DNA of 64,000 bases. Source: Bacillota bacterium (GTDB lineage: Bacteria > Bacillota > Ch66 > Ch109). Position 1 is the first letter of the stretch. Each line of letters starts with the position of its first letter. Positions 51,300 to 59,079 of this stretch are shown in pieces. Where the stretch lies: contig JABLWZ010000002.1 in NCBI GenBank assembly GCA_013178275.1, positions 162,416-226,415 of the forward strand, given 5' to 3'. The notes under the pieces were generated by a model that worked only from the letters and a program-made list of their open reading frames with translations, searched no databases and was not told the origin of the DNA. A program made the position numbers and the translations under genes.

Positions 51300-52172
51300 A
51301 TGAGCGATTTTATTATTTTCACTGATGCCGCATCGGACCTTCCGACAGAGTTGATTGAAACCCATGGAATTTCTGTTTTACCCATGTATTTTGAAATAGA
51401 TGGTAGAAGCTACCGTCATTATCCTGACGGCAGAGAACTCGGATATTCTAGGTTTTATCAGATACTTCGCTCCGGCATCATGGCTAAAACATCGTTGGTT
51501 AACAGTTTGGAGTACCTGAACTATTTTGAACCTGTATTAAAACGCGGTCTGGATATCCTCTACATATCTCTTTCTTCGGGGTTGAGCGGCACTTATCAAT
51601 CCTCAGTAATAGCCGCGAAGGAATTAATGGAAAGGTATCCTGAGCGAAAAGTATACTGCATTGACTCGCGTTGCGCCAGCGTAGGACAGGGTATGCTTGT
51701 GTACCACGCCGCGCTAAAAAAGTATGAGGGTTTAGATATAGACGAATTGAAGGATTGGGTAGTTCAAAATCGTGATCACCTGTGTCATTGGTTTACGGTG
51801 AATGACTTGAATTACTTAAAACGGGGCGGCAGGTTAAGTACTTCAGCAGCTATCGTCGGCACTATGCTTTCAGTGAAACCAATTCTTCATGTTGATAAAG
51901 ATGGTCATCTCATCCTGAGAGGGAAAGTACGAGGACGCCGTAAGTCTCTAGTAGAGCTTGCCGAACATATGGAAAAATTCTGTGTTAGACCGGAGAAACA
52001 GACGATCTTTATCGGACATGGAGACTGCATTGATGATACAGGTATCCTTGCATCTATAATCAAGCAAAGATTTGCACTAAAGGATGTAGCTATCAGCTAT
52101 GTCGGACCAATTATTGGAGCGCATACCGGACCTGAGGTGATGGTTTTGTGCTTCTTTGGCAGTGAAAAATAG
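51300..52172 (+). CDS. DegV/FakB fatty-acid-binding protein
   Basis: TDAASDL, LSSGLSGTY, IDSRCASVGQG, LKRGGR, IGAHTGP. Confidence 0.92.
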   Translation: MSDFIIFTDAASDLPTELIETHGISVLPMYFEIDGRSYRHYPDGRELGYSRFYQILRSGIMAKTSLVNSLEYLNYFEPVLKRGLDILYISLSSGLSGTYQSSVIAAKELMERYPERKVYCIDSRCASVGQGMLVYHAALKKYEGLDIDELKDWVVQNRDHLCHWFTVNDLNYLKRGGRLSTSAAIVGTMLSVKPILHVDKDGHLILRGKVRGRRKSLVELAEHMEKFCVRPEKQTIFIGHGDCIDDTGILASIIKQRFALKDVAISYVGPIIGAHTGPEVMVLCFFGSEK

Positions 52173-52196
52173 TCTGAATAAAAGAGGATGAATTAA

Positions 52197-52967
52197 TTGC
52201 TTATTTTAGCAAAATACTTTTTATGGTTTATTGTATATAGCTTTGTGGGATGGGCCTATGAATCCGCAATTTGCTCAATAAGTGAACTAAGCCTTGTAAA
52301 TCGTGGGTTTTTGAATGGCCCGTTATGTCCGGTTTATGGTTTTGGAGCTTTAGCCTCCATATTTATTTTGGATATGAGAACAGACAATCTTTTTATTCTG
52401 TTTTTTTCCGGCATGCTTATAGCCTGTACGGTTGAATATATCACCGCGGTTTTGCTTGAAAAGCTGTTTAATGCGAAATGGTGGGATTATTCTAATTACC
52501 GTTTCAATATCCAAGGACGTGTCTGTCTTATAGGGGCCGTAGTTTTTGGTGTTCTCGCGGTGCTGCTTATCAAGTATATTCATCCGTTTGTCGGAGCTTT
52601 GATTGGCCAACTGCCTGTTTTGTGGCAGATTGTTTTATCAATCGTTATTTTTATTTTTCTCATACTGGATTTGTATATAACTGTGCGTCACCTTCTGGTT
52701 CTGAACAGCAGACTGAAAAAGATGCAATTGGCAATAAACCAATTTTTGAAGCAGTATGCACAACAGGCCGGAGAACTTAAAGAGTCTCTTATGAGCAAAT
52801 TTGAAGAAAGTGAATTTTATAACGAGCGCATTAAAGCTTTAATTAGTCTAAGTCGGTTTCAGAATATAAGAATTATTAGGGCATTCCCAAGCTTACGATC
52901 CATCAACTATGATGATGCATGGCAAAAGCTTAAAAGCATTTTGTTAGGCTCTGATAGCAGGAATTAG
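52197..52967 (+). CDS. Membrane protein ('putative ABC transporter permease' family)
   Basis: YSFVGWAYE, NRGFLNGPLCPVYG, WWDYS..FNIQGRVC. Confidence 0.8.
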   Translation: MLILAKYFLWFIVYSFVGWAYESAICSISELSLVNRGFLNGPLCPVYGFGALASIFILDMRTDNLFILFFSGMLIACTVEYITAVLLEKLFNAKWWDYSNYRFNIQGRVCLIGAVVFGVLAVLLIKYIHPFVGALIGQLPVLWQIVLSIVIFIFLILDLYITVRHLLVLNSRLKKMQLAINQFLKQYAQQAGELKESLMSKFEESEFYNERIKALISLSRFQNIRIIRAFPSLRSINYDDAWQKLKSILLGSDSRN

Positions 52968-52989
52968 AAATTTGCGTTTATAGATGTGC

Positions 52990-53150
52990 TTTAGAACCAT
53001 GAAAAATTATATACAACACAGCGATATCGCATTGCTTAGAACGTAATTTTTATGCCTTTCTGTTAAAGCATTACCTCGCATATAGGCAGACGAGGTCTGA
53101 TTGCCTATTCAGAAGTACCTTTTTTCTGTTTCATTTTGTACATAAGACAT
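52990..53150 (+). pseudogene. Decayed copy of the HD-domain gene
   Basis: ATGAAAAATTATATACAACACAGCGA is identical at 52999 and 38481 (26 bp); weaker similarity continues downstream. Confidence 0.55.
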
Positions 53151-53194
53151 TCTTAAACGAACGAGGGGCTATACGCCCAAAGAGGAAACATAAT

Positions 53195-53779
53195 ATGAAC
53201 TTACCAAACAAATTGACAATATTAAGAATGATATTGATACCAGTTTTTATTATTCTTTTAATGAAAGAGTATTATTACGTGTCGGGAATTCTCTTTATTG
53301 CAGCTTCTATTACAGATGCCCTGGATGGATATTTAGCAAGAAAATACAATCTCATTACGGATTTCGGCAAGACAATCGATCCTCTGGCTGATAAGCTTCT
53401 GATTACATCAGCTTTGATTTGTTTAGTGCAACTAGGCAATATTGCGGGATGGCTTGCCATAGTGATTCTGGCGCGAGAATTTATAATTACCAGCTTAAGA
53501 TCTGTTGCGGCTAGAGAAGGCGTAATCATTGTTGCAGAAAGATCGGGAAAAATCAAAACAGTATTGCAAATGTTAGCCTTGTCGGTTATTTTGCTGCGCA
53601 ATTGGCCTTTTTCAATTTTTACCGATTTACCTATCGGAGATTATTTACTTTGGCTTGCTGTAGGCATGACCTTGTATTCGGGAATTGACTATATTATAAA
53701 AAATAAAACATTACTTCTGCCAAAAAGTTCAAGAATGAAAAACAGCCCAATATTCAGCACTATAGCAAAAGAAAGCTGA
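53195..53779 (+). CDS. pgsA: CDP-diacylglycerol--glycerol-3-phosphate 3-phosphatidyltransferase
   Basis: MNLPNKLTILR, TDALDGYLARK..ITDFGK.IDPLADK, GKIKT. Confidence 0.93.
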   Translation: MNLPNKLTILRMILIPVFIILLMKEYYYVSGILFIAASITDALDGYLARKYNLITDFGKTIDPLADKLLITSALICLVQLGNIAGWLAIVILAREFIITSLRSVAAREGVIIVAERSGKIKTVLQMLALSVILLRNWPFSIFTDLPIGDYLLWLAVGMTLYSGIDYIIKNKTLLLPKSSRMKNSPIFSTIAKES

Positions 53780-53961
53780 ATATAGGGCGTTTATTGATAT
53801 ACAACTATTGTATCAAGAAAAGGTAAAAATTTATAGCACGGCCTGCCTGATAACCCATCTAGCCAGAGCAGAGCCTATTTCATCGCCATAAAGATGCTTG
53901 ATGCGGCCATGTTATCTAGGTGACACGGCCGGTATGCGCCGCAAAGCGAGGAGTGATTCTG

Positions 53962-54987
53962 GTGACAAAAACAACGATTGTCGGGGCCGGTAGTTGGGGC
54001 ACGGCTTTATCATATTCATTGGCATCCAACAAAAAAAAAGTAACCCTCTGGGGCAGAGTAGAGGATGGAATCAATGAGGTAGCAGAAAGTAGGCAGAATC
54101 CCCGTTTCCTTCCCGGCGTTATTTTGCCGCAGGAAGTAGAAGTGTCCAACGATCTGGAGAAAGCCCTTGCCGGAGCAAAAAATGTTGTACTGGCTGTGCC
54201 CTCTCATATCGTACGGGAAGTAACGCATAAAATTGCCGGTTTTTTAGAGCCTGGCTGTATCGTTATCAACGTAGCCAAGGGGATTGAAACGGAGACCTTA
54301 CTGCGCTTGTCTCAGGTGATTGAAGAAGAGCTCAGCGGTAAAAACACTCATATTTCTGTCTTATCCGGACCCAGTCATGCCGAAGAAGTCGGACGTGGCG
54401 TCCCCACAGCTGTAGTGGTGGGCGCTAAAACTCGCCAAGTAGCTGAAAAAGTACAAGATCTCTTTATGTCTCCGCTTTTTCGGGTCTATACAAACCCTGA
54501 CCTGGTGGGAATCGAATTGGGTGCAGCTTTGAAAAATATCATCGCCTTGGCTGTTGGAATCACGGAAGGTCTGGGCTATGGTGATAATTCAAAAGCGGCA
54601 CTGATCACTAGGGGTTTGGCGGAAATCGCCCGTTTAGGTGTGGCGGCCGGAGCGAACCCGCTGACCTTTGCAGGACTGACGGGTGTGGGTGACTTAATCG
54701 TAACTTGCACCAGCATGCACAGCCGTAATCATCGTGCTGGTATCCAGATTGGGCAAGGGGTTCCCCTGGATGTAGTCCTGGAGCGGATGGGTATGGTTGT
54801 GGAAGGTGTGAGAGCTACCCAGGCAGCTTATCGCATGAAGGATGTTTATCAGGTCGCGATGCCTATCTGCGAGGAAACATACAATGTCCTCTTTAATAAA
54901 AAAGACACCAAAGAAGCGGTCATGGATCTGATGCTACGTCAACGCACGCATGAGGTCGAAAAAATTGTGATGAATCCACCTTCTTAG
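53962..54987 (+). CDS. gpsA: NAD(P)H-dependent glycerol-3-phosphate dehydrogenase
   Basis: GAGSWGTAL, SGPSHAEEV, KNIIALA, GVGDLIVTCTSMHSRN. Confidence 0.95.
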   Translation: MTKTTIVGAGSWGTALSYSLASNKKKVTLWGRVEDGINEVAESRQNPRFLPGVILPQEVEVSNDLEKALAGAKNVVLAVPSHIVREVTHKIAGFLEPGCIVINVAKGIETETLLRLSQVIEEELSGKNTHISVLSGPSHAEEVGRGVPTAVVVGAKTRQVAEKVQDLFMSPLFRVYTNPDLVGIELGAALKNIIALAVGITEGLGYGDNSKAALITRGLAEIARLGVAAGANPLTFAGLTGVGDLIVTCTSMHSRNHRAGIQIGQGVPLDVVLERMGMVVEGVRATQAAYRMKDVYQVAMPICEETYNVLFNKKDTKEAVMDLMLRQRTHEVEKIVMNPPS

Positions 54988-55150
54988 CCAAGTGGATCAA
55001 GCTTTGACGTGTTTCTCGGATGTGCTGGCGTAAAAACCTCACTGTTGAATTATAAAGTAGCTAATTTATTGGAGGTAAATTCTGTGTCCTTGCAGGACTA
55101 CAATTAGCTTTTATGCAAGATAACTGAATAATTGAGTGTTATGTCGAATG

Positions 55151-55190
55151 GGCGTAGGCTGCAAGGAAAACCTTGCAGCCTACGCCTTTT
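55151..55190 (+). terminator. Intrinsic terminator
   Basis: Perfect 16-bp stem GGCGTAGGCTGCAAGG-AAAA-CCTTGCAGCCTACGCC followed by TTTT. Confidence 0.8.
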
Positions 55191-55295
55191 CATTGTCGTT
55201 TTTTGCTGGATGTAAAGGAAAAGCAATAGCTTTTGTTGTGAGAAGGAAGCCGTAATGTCGGAATAAGACAGCACTAAAAATTTATTTTCCCAAAA

Positions 55296-55338
55296 CCCTG
55301 TATTTTGTCCTTCTCATTTCAATGTATAGGACGAGAGG
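55296..55338 (+). promoter_or_regulatory. Element-specific promoter motif, copy 1
   Basis: CCCTGTATTTT-N11-TTCAATGTATAGG.CGAGAGG, repeated with identical spacing at 56081. Confidence 0.6.
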
Positions 55339-55350
55339 AGATGAAACCAT

Positions 55351-55758
55351 ATGAAAAGGAGTGCTGAAACCTATAAGGCGGTAGAAAAAGCGTTTTGCGC
55401 CTACATAAAAATCGTAATAACCCGTTCGTCACGGGGATATTTCCGCGCCCAATACAAGTATTTCAGCAGGAGCATTTCTTTGGAGGAAGTAGAGGAAATC
55501 AACTTATGCGCCGAAGCGGACATAGACATCACCATTCCTATTTCCAATGGGGACAAGCTGGATGAATATATCGAAAATGAAATCCTTTCTGCTATTATCA
55601 GCACTCTCAATTCAAAGAACAAGCAATTGCTCTACCTGAAATATTACGAGAATAAGACCGACTATCAGCTTTCCCTCATTTTCGGCGTGACGCAGCAGAG
55701 CATTACCGAGCGCAAAAACCGGATTATGAAAAAGCTGAAAAATCGATTTCAGATATGA
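55351..55758 (+). CDS. Sigma-70 region 4-like protein (Tn916 Orf7-like)
   Basis: FCAYIKIVI; LNSKNKQLLYLKYYENKTDYQLSLIFGVTQQSI HTH. Confidence 0.75.
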   Translation: MKRSAETYKAVEKAFCAYIKIVITRSSRGYFRAQYKYFSRSISLEEVEEINLCAEADIDITIPISNGDKLDEYIENEILSAIISTLNSKNKQLLYLKYYENKTDYQLSLIFGVTQQSITERKNRIMKKLKNRFQI

Positions 55759-55835
55759 ACCAGCCATCTTCTATCTAATCCGCGCACCGCCCTTTCCGTG
55801 AAAGCTTACCACTTTTACGGAAAGGAGGAAAGGGC

Positions 55836-56033
55836 ATGCCGGAAATACTGGATTTAATCGAAGCGGCCCAGCATGGTAACGAGCGGGCAATGGAAACTCT
55901 TATTCGACAGTTTGAACCACTGATTATCGACAAATCCTGCCTGTTCGGAAAGCTGGACGAGGATTGCAGGCAGCATTTGACGTTGGAATTCATATTGGCG
56001 GTACACAACTTTGACCTGAAACGATTTGACTAA
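55836..56033 (+). CDS. Small HTH / sigma region-2-like protein (Tn916 Orf8-like)
   Basis: LIEAAQHGNERAMETLIRQFEPLI...EDCRQHL...AVHNF. Confidence 0.75.
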   Translation: MPEILDLIEAAQHGNERAMETLIRQFEPLIIDKSCLFGKLDEDCRQHLTLEFILAVHNFDLKRFD

Positions 56034-56042
56034 TAAACTATA

Positions 56043-56079
56043 AGGCTTGCAGGAAATTTTTTTGCAAGCCTTGTTTTTT
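56043..56079 (+). terminator. Intrinsic terminator
   Basis: AGGCTTGCA...TGCAAGCCT followed by TGTTTTTT. Confidence 0.65.
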
Positions 56080-56080
56080 G

Positions 56081-56123
56081 CCCTGTATTTTTGGGGGCTT
56101 TTTTCAATGTATAGGGCGAGAGG
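56081..56123 (+). promoter_or_regulatory. Element-specific promoter motif, copy 2
   Basis: Same motif and spacing as 55296. Confidence 0.6.
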
Positions 56124-56139
56124 GCAAGACAGCTTTCCC

Positions 56140-56595
56140 CTCACGGTCTTTGACAACTGAATAGGTGTCTTCCGGTACGTTCCCCGTATACCCTGAAAAG
56201 GGAAGCCAGATTGCAGGTACGCCAAGACCACCTGTCCGGCATCAGCCGGATCACAGCCAAGGTATCCATGCCGTCATGGACTAAATAAAGGTAAGGTGCG
56301 AGCGATCAATACCCGTGCAACAATAAATGTCGGCTGCATTTAAGGTGAAACATACGGAGGGATAATGATACTTCCGTCCAGCCACAGTCCGAGCGTGATA
56401 AAACCGTCGCAGGCAATGGGGATGGCCCGTCAGTATGGGGGGAGGTGAAATTCCTATGAGGACGATCAGCCGACGTCCGCCGGATAAGCCCGTAAAACGA
56501 TAGAAGCAAAACAGAAATGCAGGTCAGGGGTGCGCACCTTGGTGCGAGATGTATGCGTATCCAATCATGGCGCGCCCTTGTTGCCTGCATTTTAT
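56140..56595 (+). ncRNA. Putative structured non-coding leader upstream of xis-int
   Basis: No credible ORF. Several hairpins (CCGGC..GCCGG, TCCATG..CATGGA, GGAGGTGAAATTCC) and a long terminal stem ATGCAGG...CCTGCAT followed by TTTT. Confidence 0.4.
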
Positions 56596-56621
56596 TTCCC
56601 GAGCAGAAAGGGGCTGATACC

Positions 56622-56843
56622 TTGCTGAAAAGCAATGAAGCATATAAGCTGGTCTTTCGGGAATACCCGGATGTGGTCAGTGTGGAGCAAATGTGTGAAA
56701 TGCTCGGCGGTATCAGCACAAAAACCGGATATCGCCTTTTGCGACAAAATCAGATCAAGCACTTTAAGATAGGCCGAACGTACAAAATTCCCAAGCTTCA
56801 TATTTTTGAATACCTGGCGGTCGCGCAGGAATCCGATGCGTAA
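56622..56843 (+). CDS. Excisionase-like HTH_17 protein
   Basis: YPDVVSVEQMCEMLGGISTKTGYRLL..IKHFKIGRTYKIPK; RBS AAGGGG. Confidence 0.85.
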   Translation: MLKSNEAYKLVFREYPDVVSVEQMCEMLGGISTKTGYRLLRQNQIKHFKIGRTYKIPKLHIFEYLAVAQESDA

Positions 56844-56946
56844 AACATCGCTCGCACCTTTGCAAGATATTTTGGAGCCTGCTACAATAAACCCGTCAAT
56901 GGTAGGTGAATATGGACTGTTACTGATTTAAAGGAGGCAAGAATTC

Positions 56947-58422
56947 ATGGTAACAGGACACCTGCGAGAAAAAAACGGCTATTTCCAGATGATCCTCACC
57001 TACAAGGATATGAACGGAAAGCGCCAAACCAAGTCCGTCAGCACGGGACTTCCCGTCAAGGGGAATAAAAAGCGCGCCGAAGCGATGCTTTGGAAAACCA
57101 GGCAAGAGTTTAATCCCGACACGGCGATGAGCGACAAAAACATGTTATTTGCCGACTTCCTGAACAAATGGCTGCAGGACGTTATCAACAGAGTGGACGC
57201 CGACACCTACGCCCTTTACGCGTACGACGCCAAAACCTTCATCATCCCTTACTTTAAGAACACCGACGTTACGGTGGCGAAAATAAAGCCGGGGGACATC
57301 GAAGGCTACTATCAGTACGAGAGAACAGAAAATCGCGCATTGAACACCGCCCTGCTCCAATATCATGAGGTCATCAAGGAAGCCTTGGCCTACGCCGTGG
57401 AGCTTGAACTGATCCGGGACAATCCGGCCGACAAGGTAAACCCGATCTCCGGGGAGGTGCGGATACTGTTTACCGACTTCCTGCTGGAATGGCTGGAGAT
57501 GATCAAGCACAATGTGGAAATGACCACCTACGCCTCTTACGCTATGTGCATCAAGAGCCGAGTTATTCCTTATTTTAAGGACTTCAAGCTTACCTTGAAG
57601 GACGTGACGCCGAAGCACATCCAGGACTATTATCAGTACGAGCTGAATGAGAAAGGTTTAAGCGCCTGCACGGTGATCCACCGCCACGCCAACATTCGCA
57701 AGGCGTTGCAGTACGCTTTCAAGGTGGGCCTGATCGCCTTTAACCCCGCCGACCGGATCGAGCGGCCCAAAACCGCAAAATTCGTGGCCAGTATTTACGA
57801 TGCCGGGGAATTGGAAGCCTTGTTCGCCGTCGTGAAAAACAAGCCGATAGAGTTGGCCGTTATCCTGGGCGCGTTTTACGGGTTGCGCCGCAGCGAGATC
57901 GTGGGGCTGAAATGGGACGCGATTGACTTTGGAAAAAAGACGCTGACCATCAAGCACACCGTAACCGAGGTAAGGGTGGACGGAAAAGTCATCATCGTGG
58001 AAAAGGACCGCGCCAAAACCAAGTCCAGCCACCGTACCCTGCCGCTGGTAGAACCCTTTGAAAAGCTTCTCCGGCGGCTGAAGGCGGAGCAGGAGCGCAA
58101 TCAAAAAGTATGCGGAAAAGCCTATTGCCGGGAGTATCTCGGCTACATCTACGTGAATGAGCTGGGAGAACGGATCAAGCCGGGCTATATCACCCAGAAT
58201 TTCGCGCTCACGCTGAAAAACCACGGTTTGAAGAAAATCCGTTTCCACGACCTGCGCCATAGCTGCGCCAGCCTGTTGTACGCCAACGGCGTCAGCCTGA
58301 AAGAGATCCAGGAGTGGTTGGGGCACAGCGATATTTCCACCACCTCCAACATCTACACCCACCTGGATTTCAGTTCCAAGGTCGCTTCGGCCAACGCCAT
58401 CATCGGCGTATATCCCTCCTGA
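56947..58422 (+). CDS. Tyrosine integrase with an arm-binding domain and a duplicated core-binding domain
   Basis: GLRRSEI, FHDLRHS, WLGHS..TTSNIYTH; two tandem LF.DFL..WL...NPAD blocks. Confidence 0.93.
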   Translation: MVTGHLREKNGYFQMILTYKDMNGKRQTKSVSTGLPVKGNKKRAEAMLWKTRQEFNPDTAMSDKNMLFADFLNKWLQDVINRVDADTYALYAYDAKTFIIPYFKNTDVTVAKIKPGDIEGYYQYERTENRALNTALLQYHEVIKEALAYAVELELIRDNPADKVNPISGEVRILFTDFLLEWLEMIKHNVEMTTYASYAMCIKSRVIPYFKDFKLTLKDVTPKHIQDYYQYELNEKGLSACTVIHRHANIRKALQYAFKVGLIAFNPADRIERPKTAKFVASIYDAGELEALFAVVKNKPIELAVILGAFYGLRRSEIVGLKWDAIDFGKKTLTIKHTVTEVRVDGKVIIVEKDRAKTKSSHRTLPLVEPFEKLLRRLKAEQERNQKVCGKAYCREYLGYIYVNELGERIKPGYITQNFALTLKNHGLKKIRFHDLRHSCASLLYANGVSLKEIQEWLGHSDISTTSNIYTHLDFSSKVASANAIIGVYPS

Positions 58423-58749
58423 CATCCCTCCAAATCGGGCGGAATGCCAGGTAAATAGGGAGATGAGGGCACTGCAAATATGCGCTAGAATGGTTCATGC
58501 GACGGTATGCCGGGCGGCAAACAGAAAGGTACCGCAAGAAAAGAAAAAGGCCCTCAAATCCGCTTATACCGCGGCTTTAAGAGCATTGACTTCTGGTGCC
58601 GATGGCCGGAGTCGAACCGGCATGGAGGTTATCCAACGGTTTTTGAGACCGCCGCGTCTGCCAATTCCGCCACATCGGCAAGTTTATTTCAATTTCCCTC
58701 TCCACATAATCCGCCTTTGGAATTTGGAGGGATATGGTGGAGGGATATG
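58410..58749. repeat. Paired putative integrase arm-type sites flanking the tRNA
   Basis: TGGAGGGATATG twice (58725-58736, 58738-58749); inverted ATATCCCTCC and CATCCCTCCA (58410-58432). Confidence 0.6.
58594..58679 (-). tRNA. tRNA-Leu(CAA)
   Basis: GCCGATG...CATCGGC-ACCA acceptor stem, D-arm GGAATTGGCAGAC, anticodon loop CTCAAAA, long variable arm, GGTTCGACTCC. Confidence 0.93.
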
Positions 58750-58843
58750 AAAAACCATAGAGGCTATTCGATTATCAAGAACTCAGCAACTACGCGGGTT
58801 CGGGAGCCGCCGACCGGTCGAAAAGGGCTCTTCACGCACTGGA

Positions 58844-58882
58844 TTTTGAGACCGCCGCGTCTGCCAATTCCGCCACTTCGGC
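58844..58882 (-). pseudogene. 5' half of tRNA-Leu(CAA) (att junction), with no pairing 3' half
   Basis: 38/39 identical to 58641..58679; identity ends exactly after the anticodon loop CTCAAAA. Confidence 0.85.
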
Positions 58883-58900
58883 TGAAAAAACTGCAAAACA

Positions 58901-58929
58901 AGTATATCATCGCCCGGCACCGCTGTCAA
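58901..58929 (-). promoter_or_regulatory. Sigma-A promoter of the tRNA locus
   Basis: Minus strand TTGACA-N17-TATACT, 18 bp upstream of the tRNA 5' half. Confidence 0.75.
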
Positions 58930-59006
58930 CGAGGTGCGCTGGCAGGACGGCGACCCTCTGGCGGTATTTTTATCCTGCGGACAATAGAGCGGATTAACTA
59001 CGCAGT

Positions 59007-59035
59007 AACCGGAAATAAGCCTCCAACATAATATA
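59007..59035 (+). promoter_or_regulatory. Putative sigma-K promoter
   Basis: AACC-N16-CATAATATA fits the SigK pattern mACm-N16-CATAnnnTA. Confidence 0.45.
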
Positions 59036-59079
59036 TTAAAGAATTCCACGTTTCTGTCTGAATGGAGGTTTATATAGTC

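Larger units (their letters stand above)
1..58850. mobile_element. Composite genomic island / defective ICE integrated at tRNA-Leu(CAA); left end outside the window
   Basis: int-xis next to the tRNA, a tRNA-half duplication, T4SS remnants, several IS elements, and an abrupt switch to GC-rich host genes at ~58.9 kb. Confidence 0.7.

Noticed and set aside
57658-58425. 255-aa minus-strand ORF
   Set aside because: Antisense shadow of the integrase.
58641-58882. Intron-containing or split tRNA-Leu
   Set aside because: The intervening DNA contains a second complete 5' half, shows no group I intron core, and the outer 5' half mispairs with the acceptor 3' strand.
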